64,000 nt of DNA from Candidatus Eiseniibacteriota bacterium (GTDB taxonomy: Bacteria; Eisenbacteria; RBG-16-71-46; CAVPCR01), in the NCBI GenBank assembly GCA_963823555.1, contig CAWGMA010000002.1:96001-160000 (forward strand), read 5' to 3'. The translations under genes and the position numbers were made by a program. The notes under the pieces were generated by a model. It was not told where the DNA came from, searched no databases, and saw nothing but the letters and a program-made list of their open reading frames with translations. Within the stretch, counting starts at the first letter, position 1, and every line of letters starts with the position of its first letter. Positions 32,163 to 42,901 of this stretch are shown here, in pieces.

Positions 32163-33289
32163 ACATCACCGGGAATTCGCGGCGCTTCCACGCCGTCTGC
32201 GCTCCCGGCCTCGAGCCGATCACGGCCGCCGAGGTCGAGAGCCTCGGTGCCGCCGAAATCCAGACGACCACGGGTGGGGTGGGGTTCTCGGGACCGCTGG
32301 GGCTTGGCTTCCGGGCCAATCTCTGGCTCCGCACGGCGGTCGAGGTGCGGCTTCGCCTGGCCCGGTTCCACGCCCCGAGCGAACGGCTCCTGGCCGAGCG
32401 GGCCCGGGAAGTGGACTGGGAGGCCTATCTCGCGCCGGGGGCGGTGGTCGACGTGCGGGTGAGCACCTCGCGGTCGGTCCTCTCGCATTCAGGTCGGATC
32501 GCTGAGCTCGTCGAGGAGGCGCTGTCTCCAGTCGCTCCAGGGACGGCGCCCATGCCGGGGCAGCGGATCTACGTGCGTCTCGTGCATGATACGTGCACGC
32601 TGTCCATCGACATGTCCGGGGAACCCCTTCATCGGCGCGGCTATCGTCAGGAGCCCTCGCGAGGTCCGCTCCGCGAGTCCCTGGCCGCAGCTCTCATCCT
32701 CGCTCTGGGGTGGGATCCGAGCACTCCCTTCATCGATCCCATGTGCGGATCGGGCACGCTCGTGATCGAGGCCGCGCTCATCTCGCTCGGAGCGGCACCC
32801 GGGCGGGACCGCACCTTTGCCTGCGAGCACTGGCCCGTCGCGGACTCCGCGTTGTGGCCCGCGCTCCGCGCCGAGGCCAACCGCGCCGTCAAGGCCGCGC
32901 CATCCGCGCCCATCCTCGGCTACGATCGCAATGCCGGAGCGATCGGGGTCGCCCGGCGGAACGCCGAACGCGCCGGGGTCATGCTGCATCTCACGCTCGA
33001 GCGCCACGCGATCGCCGATCTCGCGCCGCCCGATGAGATGCCTTCTGGGCTCCTCCTCACCAATCCACCCTACGGCCGCCGGGTGCGCGAGGTCCGCGCG
33101 CTCGAAACTCTCTACGCGGAGATCGGCCACGTGCTCGCTCGCCATTTCGCTGGATGGCGCGCTGCCCTCTTGAGTGCCGAGCCGCGTCTCGATGCGCGGA
33201 TCGCCTTGCCGCGACGCGCGGAACACCGGTTCATGAACGGTGGACTCCCCTGCCGTTTGATCGAGTTCGACCTCGCGCCCGGCTCATGA
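32159..33289 (+). CDS. THUMP-domain RNA methyltransferase (RlmL-like)
   Basis: LHRRGYR, PLRESLAAA, DPMCGSGT..IEAA, NPPYG, NGGLPC. Confidence 0.88.
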   Translation: MNITGNSRRFHAVCAPGLEPITAAEVESLGAAEIQTTTGGVGFSGPLGLGFRANLWLRTAVEVRLRLARFHAPSERLLAERAREVDWEAYLAPGAVVDVRVSTSRSVLSHSGRIAELVEEALSPVAPGTAPMPGQRIYVRLVHDTCTLSIDMSGEPLHRRGYRQEPSRGPLRESLAAALILALGWDPSTPFIDPMCGSGTLVIEAALISLGAAPGRDRTFACEHWPVADSALWPALRAEANRAVKAAPSAPILGYDRNAGAIGVARRNAERAGVMLHLTLERHAIADLAPPDEMPSGLLLTNPPYGRRVREVRALETLYAEIGHVLARHFAGWRAALLSAEPRLDARIALPRRAEHRFMNGGLPCRLIEFDLAPGS

Positions 33290-33360
33290 CCCCAGCTGGT
33301 TGTCCAGGGCGAGTCCCTGGCTTAGGATGCGGGCATTCCATCAACTGAAAGGGGGTGCCG

Positions 33361-34824
33361 ATGACACGCTACGAGGCAATCGCATTCCTGGTGCTGGCGT
33401 CTAGCCTGGGTGCCGGTTCTCTGGCTCAGGCATCGGACTGCGAGTGCCCACAGGAATACGACCCGGATCGCCCGCCGGGAACCATATGGCGGGGCAAGGA
33501 GAACCTCACCCTCGAGGATATCGCCGCGATCTGCGCCCCGGCGCTCTGGTTCTCGAGTGACGAGCCTGCGATCCTTCTTGGTGGAGGAAAGGGGGTGCCG
33601 AATGTGCATCCCTGCGATGATGAACCGACGGACAGCGGCGTGGTCTACTACCAGCCGCGGATCATCAGGCTCCGGAACGGGCGCGCTCCGCTCTCCGAGC
33701 CGTTCGAGACGGCACCGGACCTGTTGGAGAAGGTCTACAGTCTCGCCCTGCGCTACTACTTCTACTACGACCAGGACTTCGGGCTGGACGGACACCAGCA
33801 CGATGTGGAGCTGGCCGAGTTCCAGATCGCCTTGGAGACCGCGGCCGATGGTTGCCATCAGTTGCGCATTCTCCGTGTCGAGTGCTTTGCCCACGGTGTC
33901 GACTGGTACAACAACATCATCGAGGCGACGCCCGAGGTCGATCTGGACGCGCGCGTGCCGCTCAGGATCCTGGTGGAGGAGGCGAAGCATGCTACCTGCC
34001 CCGATCGCAATGGGGACGGGCAATACACTCCAGGCTATGACGTCAACGTTCGCATCAATGACGCCTGGGGAGTGCGCGATGTGCTCGCGTCGGGCGTGCT
34101 CCTGGGGGGCGGCTACAACGCCACCATGTCCAAGCGCCGCGAACCGGAATACATGATCATGCCTCCGGAGCGTCCCGATCTCTGCCGGAACGCGGCGCGC
34201 TACGAACCGCGTCTCTTCGAGAAGCACTACGAGCTGCGTCCAGGCTCGCAGCTCGTCATGTGCGCCAACCTCGAGCACGGGCAATTTCTCGCCGAACTGA
34301 TGGAGAAGCATGGGCTGGGCAGCAACCACAAGCCGGAGCAGTACGAGGCTGTCAGCCTACAGAGCTTCGCCGAACCGTTCTCGAAACCCGGGAGCATCAT
34401 CGGATCGCTCAACTACCGTTACGATGGATTTGCCTACTCCGGGGTGAGCTTGCTCCTCCGTGGGCTCGACGGCGGAGAAATATGGCTCGTCCCCAAGATC
34501 AACATGCAGTACCGCGCGGCTTCGTTCGAGGCGCTCTTGACCAAGTCGGCGTCACGATGGGTGGACGGCTACCTCACGCTGGGGATCGAGCGGCTGTACA
34601 AGAAGACGGCCGATGTCGATGGCGAGACGATCACCGTGCGCGACGGGGCCTGGGAGGGTGCCGTGGAGACCGGAGTCAAGTTCCGCTTCCGCACCCCCAG
34701 CATGGTGAAGCCGATCTTCTTCTGGTACGACTTCGCCGGGATGCGTTTCGGGGTGCGGACCAACAAGTTCGATACGCTGGAGAATCTGCGTTTCACCTAC
34801 GAGATCGGTGCGGGTGTCTGGTAG
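33361..34824 (+). CDS. secreted hypothetical protein with NPP1/Vps62-like motif and beta-strand-rich C-terminus
   Basis: Signal peptide ending [28 protein letters not shown]; ends [10 protein letters not shown]. Confidence 0.75.
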   Translation: MTRYEAIAFLVLASSLGAGSLAQASDCECPQEYDPDRPPGTIWRGKENLTLEDIAAICAPALWFSSDEPAILLGGGKGVPNVHPCDDEPTDSGVVYYQPRIIRLRNGRAPLSEPFETAPDLLEKVYSLALRYYFYYDQDFGLDGHQHDVELAEFQIALETAADGCHQLRILRVECFAHGVDWYNNIIEATPEVDLDARVPLRILVEEAKHATCPDRNGDGQYTPGYDVNVRINDAWGVRDVLASGVLLGGGYNATMSKRREPEYMIMPPERPDLCRNAARYEPRLFEKHYELRPGSQLVMCANLEHGQFLAELMEKHGLGSNHKPEQYEAVSLQSFAEPFSKPGSIIGSLNYRYDGFAYSGVSLLLRGLDGGEIWLVPKINMQYRAASFEALLTKSASRWVDGYLTLGIERLYKKTADVDGETITVRDGAWEGAVETGVKFRFRTPSMVKPIFFWYDFAGMRFGVRTNKFDTLENLRFTYEIGAGVW

Positions 34825-34862
34825 GCCACCGGATCGCCCACGACGGAAGGAGGGTCACGGTC

Positions 34863-35558
34863 ATGAGTCTCTCTCGCCGGATGGGAGCCGAGTTCATCGG
34901 CACGTTCTGGCTCGTGCTCGGTGGTTGCGGGAGCGCGGTGCTGGCGGCGGCCTTTCCCGAGGTCGGGATCGGGCTGCTCGGTGTCGCCCTGGCATTCGGG
35001 CTCACGGTGCTGACGATGGCGTTCGCCATCGGTCGCATCTCAGGCTGTCACCTGAACCCGGCGGTCTCGATCGGGCTCGTTGCCGGCGGGCGTTTCAAGA
35101 CCGGCGAGCTCATTCCCTACATTCTGGCCCAGGTCCTGGGCGCGATCCTCGCGGCATGGGTGCTCTACGTGATCGCGAGCGGCGCCTCGGGCTTCGATCT
35201 CTCCGGAGGGCTCGCATCGAACGGGTACGCCGAGCACTCGCCGGGAGGCTACTCGCTCGGTAGCGGCTTCCTCACCGAGGTGGTGATGACCTTCATGTTC
35301 CTCATCATCATCCTCGGCGCCACCGATCCCCGCGCCCCGCAGGGCTTCGCCCCGATCGCCATCGGGCTCGGACTCACCTTGATCCACCTGATCTCGATCC
35401 CGGTCACCAACACCTCGGTGAACCCGGCCCGCTCGACCGGGCCGGCGCTCCTCGTCGGCGGCTGGGCCATCGCCCAGCTCTGGATGTTCTGGGTCGCGCC
35501 CATCATCGGGGCCATCCTCGCGGGCGGCGTCTATCGCTGGCTCGGCCGCGAGGACTAG
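34863..35558 (+). CDS. aqpZ: aquaporin Z
   Basis: [36 protein letters not shown]. Confidence 0.96.
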   Translation: MSLSRRMGAEFIGTFWLVLGGCGSAVLAAAFPEVGIGLLGVALAFGLTVLTMAFAIGRISGCHLNPAVSIGLVAGGRFKTGELIPYILAQVLGAILAAWVLYVIASGASGFDLSGGLASNGYAEHSPGGYSLGSGFLTEVVMTFMFLIIILGATDPRAPQGFAPIAIGLGLTLIHLISIPVTNTSVNPARSTGPALLVGGWAIAQLWMFWVAPIIGAILAGGVYRWLGRED

Positions 35559-35602
35559 CGGGACGGCGGCGGCTCGCCGGCAAGAGGTAGAAGGAGAGCA
35601 GG

Positions 35603-36432
35603 ATGAGGGTGCGTGTCGGCCTGCAGCTCTGCCTGTGCGGCTTGCTGATCTCCGTCCCGGCACTCACCTAGGAGAAGCGCACGGGGGCCAAGTTCTACAG
35701 CAGCATCCGCGGGCATATCGCTTACTACGACGAGCTTCTCGAGATCCAGGACAACGCTTCCCGGATCGGCTTCGGTGCCTTCTACGAAGCGCCCCAGTAC
35801 ATTCGCTTCTACGGCCACCCTACCGGGTCCCCCTCGATCGTCTCCACCTGGGCGCGCAGATGCAGCTGCGCGGGCGGAACGGTCCGAACACGGTGGACAA
35901 CTTCGCATTCTCCGGCACCTACGGTCCCGTGATAGGAGCGACCGTCGGCGCTGCCTACAACCACTGGAAGATCCCCCCTGAGATCCGGGCATCCCTCAGC
36001 GGATCGGAGCCGAGCGGGAAGTACTTTGCCGCTGGTATCAAGTACGAGCGGGAGGACCTGTTCGCCGCACTTGTTTACGCTCATCAGTCGAGTGGTAACG
36101 GTGTCATCGCTCCCGACTCGCTCGTTGGCGCCGCGTTCGATGCCGATGGCATCGAGCTCTACGCCCACTACGATGCGACCAAGCGGTTGCGTCTGGTGGG
36201 TGGCTACAACTATCTCGCTCCGAGCGACTTCGATACGAACCGCATCGCCCCCAGCTTCGGGCAGAGCTACCTGGTTCTCGGCGCCGATTACTTCTTCTTC
36301 CCGCGGGCTTACGCCTACTACGAGATGAAGCTCGACTTCGGCCAGGACTACACCAGCAGCGATCGATTCAATGTCTTCACCCTCGGCGTCCGGATCGATC
36401 TCGAGGTGAACCACGAGAAGAAGATCGAGTGA
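35603..36432 (+). pseudogene. porin pseudogene (amber stop plus internal deletion/frameshift)
   Basis: Signal peptide, TAG at 35669, then FYSSIRG..QDNASRIGF..FYGH. The frame changes near 35820 to porin C-terminal strands (..YAYYEMKLD..FTLGVRIDL). Confidence 0.72.
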
Positions 36433-36451
36433 CCTGGGACCGCCCGCGGTT

Positions 36452-37111
36452 CTACTCGGTCGAGATCTCGTTCGGGAGCTCGTTCACGTCATCGGGTCGG
36501 ATCGGGAAGTGCTCCCCGAGCTTCTCGCCGGTGCGCCGGACGGCGGTGAGGACTCCGTCGAGGAAGCGGCGGTGCATGAAACAGCCCTGCATCTCGTCGC
36601 GCACCTGATCCCAGAACTCTCGGTGCACCGCGTGATCGATACCCTCATCACCGAGGATGCAGAAGCGGTGATCGGCGACCGAGATGTAGATGAGGACGCC
36701 ATTGCGCTCGGCGGTTGCCTGCATGCCGAGAGCGGTGAAGACGGCGGCGGCTGCGGCCCGGACATCGCCCGCCGTGCGCCGCGCCAGGTGGAGACGGATC
36801 TCCCCCGAGGTCTTCCCCTCGGCGGCGGCGATCGCGTCGCGGATCCGGCGCCGCGCTTCGGGGTCGAAGAACGTCGCCGGATTCTCTCCCCACCCGGGGC
36901 GCATCGCCAGCGCTAGCAGCAAGAGGGCGGCGAGCGCGAGGCCTAGAGCAGCGAGCCCGTGCGGTGTGGCGAGTCGCGCCATGCCGCTCGGGGCCCATGT
37001 GGCCTCGACCGTGTCCATCACGAGCTCGGGATGGAGGACGAGGACGAGCCAGGCACAGGCGAGGGCCGCCAGCACGGCGGCGATGAGCAGGACGATCCGG
37101 TGCCAGGTCAT
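36452..37111 (-). CDS. membrane TPM-domain protein (short type)
   Basis: AAEGKTSGEIR, RNGVLIY, GDEGI, DDVNELPNEI. Confidence 0.88.
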   Translation of the reverse strand: MTWHRIVLLIAAVLAALACAWLVLVLHPELVMDTVEATWAPSGMARLATPHGLAALGLALAALLLLALAMRPGWGENPATFFDPEARRRIRDAIAAAEGKTSGEIRLHLARRTAGDVRAAAAAVFTALGMQATAERNGVLIYISVADHRFCILGDEGIDHAVHREFWDQVRDEMQGCFMHRRFLDGVLTAVRRTGEKLGEHFPIRPDDVNELPNEISTE

Positions 37112-37158
37112 CGCTCACTCCCATCAGGGATTCGTTTGCTGCGTCGCGGTGCCACGAC

Positions 37159-38004
37159 TCACCACCCGCCCGAGGCTCCGCCGCCACCGAAGCCGCCGCC
37201 CCCACCGCCGAACCCGCCGCCCCCGCCGCCGAATCCGCCGCCGAACCCGCCGCCGAACCCGCCGCCGAAGGGGCCATACCAGGTGCGCCGCCGCCGCCAT
37301 CCACGGTGATCGCCTGTCATGCTCCCAGCCGCGAGCGCACGCATGACGGGCGGCAGGAGCACGAAGAGGATGATGAAGAGGATGATCAGCCCCGCCGAAG
37401 AGCGTGGGTTCGAGTCCCCTCCGCCTCCGTCCGTGGCCTGATATTCCCCCTCGATGACGGCGATGACTGCCTGGATGGCCGCCGTCACGCCGCCGTCATA
37501 GTCTCCTTCTCTGAAGCGTGGAGCGAGGACCTGCCGCAGGATGCGGCTGGACATGGCATCGGTGAGGCGACCTTCGAGCCCATACCCCACCTCGAGCCGT
37601 GTTCGGCGCTCCTGGACGAAGACGAGGAGGATGACCCCGTTGTCGTGCTCGCGGCTGCCGATCTGCCACTTCTCGGCCAGCCGGATCGAGAAGTCCTCCA
37701 GGCTCTCCCCCTCCAGCGAGGGAAAGATGGCGACGGCGATCTGGTCGGAGGAGGCGGTCTCGTGCTCGGCGATCATGCTCCCGATGCGCGATGCCGCCGC
37801 CGGCGAGAGCAAGCCCGCGTAATCGGAAACCCGCCCGCGCGGCGTTGCCGGCACGTCGAGGGCACACGCCGGCAGGGGTGCCGTCAGGGCATGGACCACC
37901 ACGATGGCGAACACGGTGGCGCGAAGTCCCGCGCCCGCCGTGTTCCATCCGCGGCCCGAGTCCGTTACCGACCGTTCTCTGTCGTTCTCGTGTTGGAGAT
38001 GCAA
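37159..38004 (-). CDS. TPM-domain (YgcG-like) protein with Gly-rich tail
   Basis: VSDYAGLL, DNGVILLV, RLEVGYGLEG, GGGFGGGGASGGW. Start uncertain (38004 or GTG 37968). Confidence 0.9.
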   Translation of the reverse strand: MHLQHENDRERSVTDSGRGWNTAGAGLRATVFAIVVVHALTAPLPACALDVPATPRGRVSDYAGLLSPAAASRIGSMIAEHETASSDQIAVAIFPSLEGESLEDFSIRLAEKWQIGSREHDNGVILLVFVQERRTRLEVGYGLEGRLTDAMSSRILRQVLAPRFREGDYDGGVTAAIQAVIAVIEGEYQATDGGGGDSNPRSSAGLIILFIILFVLLPPVMRALAAGSMTGDHRGWRRRRTWYGPFGGGFGGGFGGGFGGGGGGFGGGGGGFGGGGASGGW

Positions 38005-38027
38005 GGGTCCCTCCGGACCCCGCGGCG

Positions 38028-38633
38028 CTAGAACTCGACCTTGGGCGCTTGCTCGGCGCCCGGAGCCGCCTCGAAGTAGGGACGCGGCTTGAAGCCGGCG
38101 ACGGCCGCCACGAAGTTGTTCGGGATACGCCCGATGAGCGTGTTATAGAAGCGAGCAGTTTCGTTGAATCGACGCCGCTCGACCGCGATCCGGTTCTCGG
38201 TGCCCTCGAGCTGGCTCTGCAGTTCCAAGAAGTTCTGATTGGCCTTGAGCTCGGGGTAACGCTCGATGGTGACCAGCAGCCGGCTCAACGCGCCCGTGAG
38301 CTCGCCCTGGGTCTGCTGGAACTGCTGGAAGGCCTGTGGGTTCTCGAGGAGCTCCGGGCCGATCTGCACCTGCCCTGCCCTGGACCTCGCCTCGGCCACC
38401 GCGGTGTAGGTCTCCTTCTCGAAGTTGGCGACTCCCTTCACTGTTTCGACCAGATTGGGGATCAGGTCCATGCGGCGCTGATAGACGTTCTGAACCTGAG
38501 CCCAGGCCTCGTTGACCTCCTCGCGCGACTGGTACATGGCGTTGTACCGCTGAATGAAGAATGACCCGATGATGACCGCGAGCAGCACGAGCCCCGCGAG
38601 AACGATCACACCTACCAAACACCCACGCTTCAT
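38028..38633 (-). CDS. lemA: LemA family protein
   Basis: WAQVQNVYQRRMDLIPNLV, YPELKANQNF, LEGTENRIAVERRRFN; GGAGGA RBS before ATG 38633. Confidence 0.95.
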   Translation of the reverse strand: MKRGCLVGVIVLAGLVLLAVIIGSFFIQRYNAMYQSREEVNEAWAQVQNVYQRRMDLIPNLVETVKGVANFEKETYTAVAEARSRAGQVQIGPELLENPQAFQQFQQTQGELTGALSRLLVTIERYPELKANQNFLELQSQLEGTENRIAVERRRFNETARFYNTLIGRIPNNFVAAVAGFKPRPYFEAAPGAEQAPKVEF

Positions 38634-38903
38634 GACCGGTCCTCGTCCTCCGTTGACATCGAGGTAAGTACGATCGCCCGCGCCGGAGAGGAAGGGCGGG
38701 CCGATCGTTGGTAGCCCGTTCATCGGCGACCGCCGCCCATCTAACACCATTCCCACCCGCGCGTCCAGGCCGGTAAGCCGGCGGCATTTCGCCTCCGGCG
38801 GCGACGTGCTAGGCTCCCGACAGCTGATGCGATGGGCTCTGGCCGACCCGGCGCCGCTCCGGTTTCGCCGGCTTCGGCGCCCGCCCGGAAGGTGAGTGAC
38901 AAG

Positions 38904-40433
38904 ATGACCACGACCGCACGCAGTCATCCCTTTGCGGCCGATCTCCAGGGTGCCCAGCGGGCCGCCCCGGTTTCGATCGTCATCTTCGGCGCGACCGGTG
39001 ATCTCACGCAGCGCAAGCTGCTGCCGGCCCTCTACAACCTGGCTGCCGAGGGGGCCTTGGATCCGTCCACCATCGTGGTCGGCTTCGCTCGCCGCGAGAA
39101 GAGCCACGAGTCCTTCCGCGAGGAGATGGCCGCTGCTGTCCGCCAGCACTCGCGGCAGGCGGTCGACGAGCAGGTCTGGCATCGTCTGGCTGGAGGGATC
39201 CATTTCTGCCGCGGTGATTTCGCCGATAGCGAGACCTATGAGGTCCTGGCGCGGCAGCTCCATGAGCTGGAGGCGAGGTTCCACATCCCGGGCAACCGGC
39301 TCTTCTATCTCGCCACACCCCCTTCGGCCTTCCCCGAGATCATTTCTCGGCTGAAGGCCTCGGGCCTGACCGCGGGCGGCGGTTTCACCCGGATCGTGGT
39401 GGAGAAACCGCTCGGGCATGATCTGCGCAGCTCCCGCGAGCTCAACGACGGCCTGTCCGCTTCGTTCGAGGAGCGACAGATCTTCCGCATCGACCACTAC
39501 CTCGGCAAGGAGACCGTACAGAACATCCTCGTCTTCCGGCTCGGCAACGGCATCTTCGAGCCGTTGTGGAACCAGCGCTACATCGAGCACGTGCAGATCA
39601 CCGTGGCCGAGAGCCTGGGCATCGAGGGGCGCGCCGGCACCTTCGAGAAGGCGGGGATCTCGCGCGATATCCTGCAGAATCATCTTCTTCAGCTCCTCAG
39701 TCTCGTCGCCATGGAGCCGCCGGTCCGTTTCGAGGCGGACGCGGTGCGCGACGAGAAGGTCAAGGTGCTCAAGGCCGTCAAGCCGATCGTGGGTGAAGAT
39801 GTGGGACGGTGGACCGTGCGCGGGCGTTACCTTGCGGGCGCCGTGGCCGGTGAGCAGGTCTCGGGTTATCTGGAGGAGCCGGATGTGGCGGCTGACTCCT
39901 CGACCGAAACCTATGTCGCGCTCAAGCTCGAGATCGACAACTGGCGGTGGGCCGGGGTGCCGTTCTTTCTGCGGGCCGGCAAGCGCCTGCCAAAACGGGC
40001 GACCGAGATCGCCATCCTCTTTCGCCGGCCGCCGACCAGCGTCTTCCGCGATGCCGGCTGCGGGTCGATCGAGTCGAACGTGCTCAGCCTCCGGATCCAG
40101 CCCAACGAGGGGATCTCCCTGTCTTTTGGTTCGAAGGCGCCGGGACAGGCCATTCACATCGACCCCGTGCGGATGGACTTTCTCTACGAAACATCCTTCG
40201 GATCGACGCCGCCAGAGGCCTACGAACGGCTTCTGCTCGATGCTCTGGTCGGGGATCCCACCCTCTTTGCGCGCCGCGACGAGGTCGAGCTGGCATGGCA
40301 GCTCGTGGATGGTGTCCGGCACGGATGGGGCCGCGGATTCCCTGCGCTCACCGACTACGCGGCCGGGAGCTGGGGACCCCAGGCGGCGGAGGATCTGATC
40401 GAACGCGATGGATTCCGCTGGCGGCGGCTGTAG
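38904..40433 (+). CDS. zwf: glucose-6-phosphate dehydrogenase
   Basis: GATGDL, EKPLG, RIDHYLGKE, QNHLLQ, RWAGVPF, AYERL, YAAGSWGP. Confidence 0.97.
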   Translation: MTTTARSHPFAADLQGAQRAAPVSIVIFGATGDLTQRKLLPALYNLAAEGALDPSTIVVGFARREKSHESFREEMAAAVRQHSRQAVDEQVWHRLAGGIHFCRGDFADSETYEVLARQLHELEARFHIPGNRLFYLATPPSAFPEIISRLKASGLTAGGGFTRIVVEKPLGHDLRSSRELNDGLSASFEERQIFRIDHYLGKETVQNILVFRLGNGIFEPLWNQRYIEHVQITVAESLGIEGRAGTFEKAGISRDILQNHLLQLLSLVAMEPPVRFEADAVRDEKVKVLKAVKPIVGEDVGRWTVRGRYLAGAVAGEQVSGYLEEPDVAADSSTETYVALKLEIDNWRWAGVPFFLRAGKRLPKRATEIAILFRRPPTSVFRDAGCGSIESNVLSLRIQPNEGISLSFGSKAPGQAIHIDPVRMDFLYETSFGSTPPEAYERLLLDALVGDPTLFARRDEVELAWQLVDGVRHGWGRGFPALTDYAAGSWGPQAAEDLIERDGFRWRRL

Positions 40434-40481
40434 TTTCTTCGGTTCACTCTGATCCGGGAATGTGCGAACGGATGTGAGGCG

Positions 40482-41756
40482 ATGGATTCGATCACCAGCA
40501 TCCAGAGCCCTGGCGGGCTGGTCGGAGTCGCGGATGTCGAGCGTGAGCTGGCGGGATTGTGGCGCTCGGCCGCGACCGACGGCGATCGCGGCACCATCAC
40601 GCGTGCCTGCCGCACGAACCTCGTGGTTTTCGATGGCGTGATGCCGGAGCTGGTCGAGGAGGTCACGCGCCGGCATCCAGCCCGACTCATCACGATCGCG
40701 CGGTCGGAGACGGCGGCGGATCGACCGGGGGCGCAGGTGAGCGCGCTCTGCCACCTCAAGGAAGGCGGCGGCGGACTCCTCTGCTCGGAGCGGATCGCTC
40801 TCGAGGTCCGGCCGGGTGCCGAAGAGGAGGCGGTGAGTGCGGTCAGGAGCCTCGTTGTGGGTGACCTCCCGGTCGCCGTTCTTGGCGACACGGATGCCGC
40901 GTTCCACTTCGCCGCCGCCGGCCTCTTCGATCTGGCCGATCGGGTTCTCATCGATTCGACAGGAAGCGACCCAGAGATCTGGAATCGGCTGACCACCCTG
41001 GTCGAGGATCGAGAGCGCATCATCGATCTCGCCTGGCTCCGCCTGGATCCATTCCGGCGGGCTGTGGCCGATGCCATCGTGCACTCCCAGCTGCGCAAGG
41101 CGATCCACCGTCTGGAGGGGGTCGATCTGGGACATGATGGCCGGCCGACGCAGGCGCTGCTCGTTCTCGCCTGGCTGGGGCACCGGCTGCGCTGGGGACG
41201 GCCCCGTCGGCCGCGCCCGAGGCCCGCCGAGGATGCGAGCTTGGCGTCCGCCGGGAAATCACCGTCTGCGGCGAGCACGGCGCGAGGTTCCAGCAGGGAC
41301 GATGACCTCCGCGTGCTCGAGGTCTCAGGCCGCGGCCGGCGCCTCCGTCTCAGAGTGGGCGAATCGCAGCCTCCCCATGACCTGCTCCTTCTCCTGCGCA
41401 CTCCCGACATCGAACTCCTTGTCACCCTCGATGAGCGCGATGCTCAGGTGAATCTCGTTTTTGGAGCCGGGCGAACGCGCATCAAGCACCGGCGCCAGCA
41501 GGGTTCGCGACCCGGACCCAGCGGCCCAGCGCGGCGCGAGCGGGTCTCGATCGACATCCCGTCGCCCGCATCCCTCGTCATCGATGCGCTCGATCACCGG
41601 GGCCGGTGCGATCGCGACTGGCTGCCCGTATTCGCCCGGGCGCGTGAGCTGGCCGCTGCCCTCTCGAGTCTCGCCGCGGTCCAGGGTGGCGAGGGGCCGG
41701 CCGCACGCGCTGATGGTGGCGACGAGCCCGCCGCGACCGGGTCGCCGACCTCATGA
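40482..41756 (+). CDS. opcA: G6PD assembly/activator protein OpcA
   Basis: VERELAGLW, RACRTNLVV, HPARLI, CSE.I, DLPV, DLAWLRL; directly after zwf. Confidence 0.85.
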   Translation: MDSITSIQSPGGLVGVADVERELAGLWRSAATDGDRGTITRACRTNLVVFDGVMPELVEEVTRRHPARLITIARSETAADRPGAQVSALCHLKEGGGGLLCSERIALEVRPGAEEEAVSAVRSLVVGDLPVAVLGDTDAAFHFAAAGLFDLADRVLIDSTGSDPEIWNRLTTLVEDRERIIDLAWLRLDPFRRAVADAIVHSQLRKAIHRLEGVDLGHDGRPTQALLVLAWLGHRLRWGRPRRPRPRPAEDASLASAGKSPSAASTARGSSRDDDLRVLEVSGRGRRLRLRVGESQPPHDLLLLLRTPDIELLVTLDERDAQVNLVFGAGRTRIKHRRQQGSRPGPSGPARRERVSIDIPSPASLVIDALDHRGRCDRDWLPVFARARELAAALSSLAAVQGGEGPAARADGGDEPAATGSPTS

Positions 41757-42754
41757 TCCTGGCCGGCGATGTCGGTGGCACCAAGACCGTCCTCGGTCTA
41801 TTCGCCGAGGAAGCCGGACGTCTGTACGAGTACGCCACGGCCGAGTTCCCGAGTCGGAGCCACCGTGGTCTCGAATCGATCCTCGCCCAGTTCCTCGACT
41901 CGGCGCCGGTGGTCGCCGAGAGGAGGCGGATTCGCTCCGCCGGTTTCGGAGTGGCAGGGCCGGTCATCCAGCGCCGCGTTCAGGCCACCAATCTGCCCTG
42001 GGTGATCGAAGCCGGATCGCTCGAGCGCCAGCTCGGGTTTTCCGTTCATCTCATGAATGATCTCGCCGCCATGGCGCTTGGCGTCGGCGAGCTCGAGCCT
42101 GACGACTTCGCCATCGTGCAGCCGGGGCGGGCCGAGCTCCCGGCCGACGGAGCGGCGGCCATCATCGCTGCCGGGACCGGGCTCGGCGAGGGCATCCTCT
42201 TCCGGGTCGGAGAAGAATGGGTTCCGGCGCCCACCGAGGGCGGACATACCGACCTCGGCGCGCGGAACGAGGAGGAGATCGCCTTCCTCCGTTTCCTCAT
42301 CGCCCGCCACGGGCGAGCCGACTACGAGAATGTCCTCTCCGGGCCGGGGCTCATGAACTGCTACCGTTTCACTCACGGTGAAGGGGCGCCGGAGGCCCCT
42401 TCGGACCACCACGCCGACTTGCTCGCCGCCCCGGATCCGCCCGCCGCGATCACGGGATCGGCCCTCGCCGGCTCCTGCCCGGCCTGCGCCCGCAGCTTGA
42501 ATCTGTTCGTCACGATCTACGGCGCCGAGGCCGGGAATCTCGCGTTGAAGACCATGGCTCTGCGCGGCGTCTACATCGGGGGTGGGATCGCCCCCAAGAT
42601 CCTGCCCGCGCTCACCGATGGGCGATTCCTGGCTGCCTTCCGCGACAAGGGAGAGCCATTCTCGACGCTCCTCGCCGGCGTCCCGGTCCGGGTGATCCTC
42701 GATCCGCACTGCCCGCTCCTGGGAGCGGCGCGGGCCGCGGCCGGGAGCCCCTAG
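41753..42754 (+). CDS. glk: glucokinase
   Basis: GDVGGTKT, GVAGPV, TNLPW, AGTGLGE, EGGH, GGGIAPKI. Confidence 0.95.
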   Translation: MILAGDVGGTKTVLGLFAEEAGRLYEYATAEFPSRSHRGLESILAQFLDSAPVVAERRRIRSAGFGVAGPVIQRRVQATNLPWVIEAGSLERQLGFSVHLMNDLAAMALGVGELEPDDFAIVQPGRAELPADGAAAIIAAGTGLGEGILFRVGEEWVPAPTEGGHTDLGARNEEEIAFLRFLIARHGRADYENVLSGPGLMNCYRFTHGEGAPEAPSDHHADLLAAPDPPAAITGSALAGSCPACARSLNLFVTIYGAEAGNLALKTMALRGVYIGGGIAPKILPALTDGRFLAAFRDKGEPFSTLLAGVPVRVILDPHCPLLGAARAAAGSP

Positions 42755-42901
42755 GCCGCCGGTATCGGGCCGCGAAACGCTCGGGGATCGGCGCCATTCG
42801 CTGAACCCCGCCCGCTCCAGCCGGGATCGCAAAGGTGGGCCTCGACCCCTGAACGTCTGCCCCCTCGCTCCACCCAACCCCGGTCCCCCGGGAGTCAAGC
42901 C

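Noticed and set aside
35669..35671. TAG in the porin as pyrrolysine or stop-codon reassignment
   Set aside because: TAG is the normal stop of many genes in this window (groEL, zwf, glk, aqpZ), and the porin has a second lesion.
37175..37270. Tandem CCGCCGCCGAA repeats
   Set aside because: They encode the GGGF tail of the TPM protein and have no spacers, so they are not a CRISPR array.
38028..41183. 1051-aa minus-strand ORF
   Set aside because: It is an antisense shadow of zwf/opcA; only the last ~200 codons (LemA) are real.
42810..42850. GGGATCGCAAAG resembling a c-di-GMP-I riboswitch
   Set aside because: It lacks the upstream GGCAAAC/P2 elements, and the match is too short.
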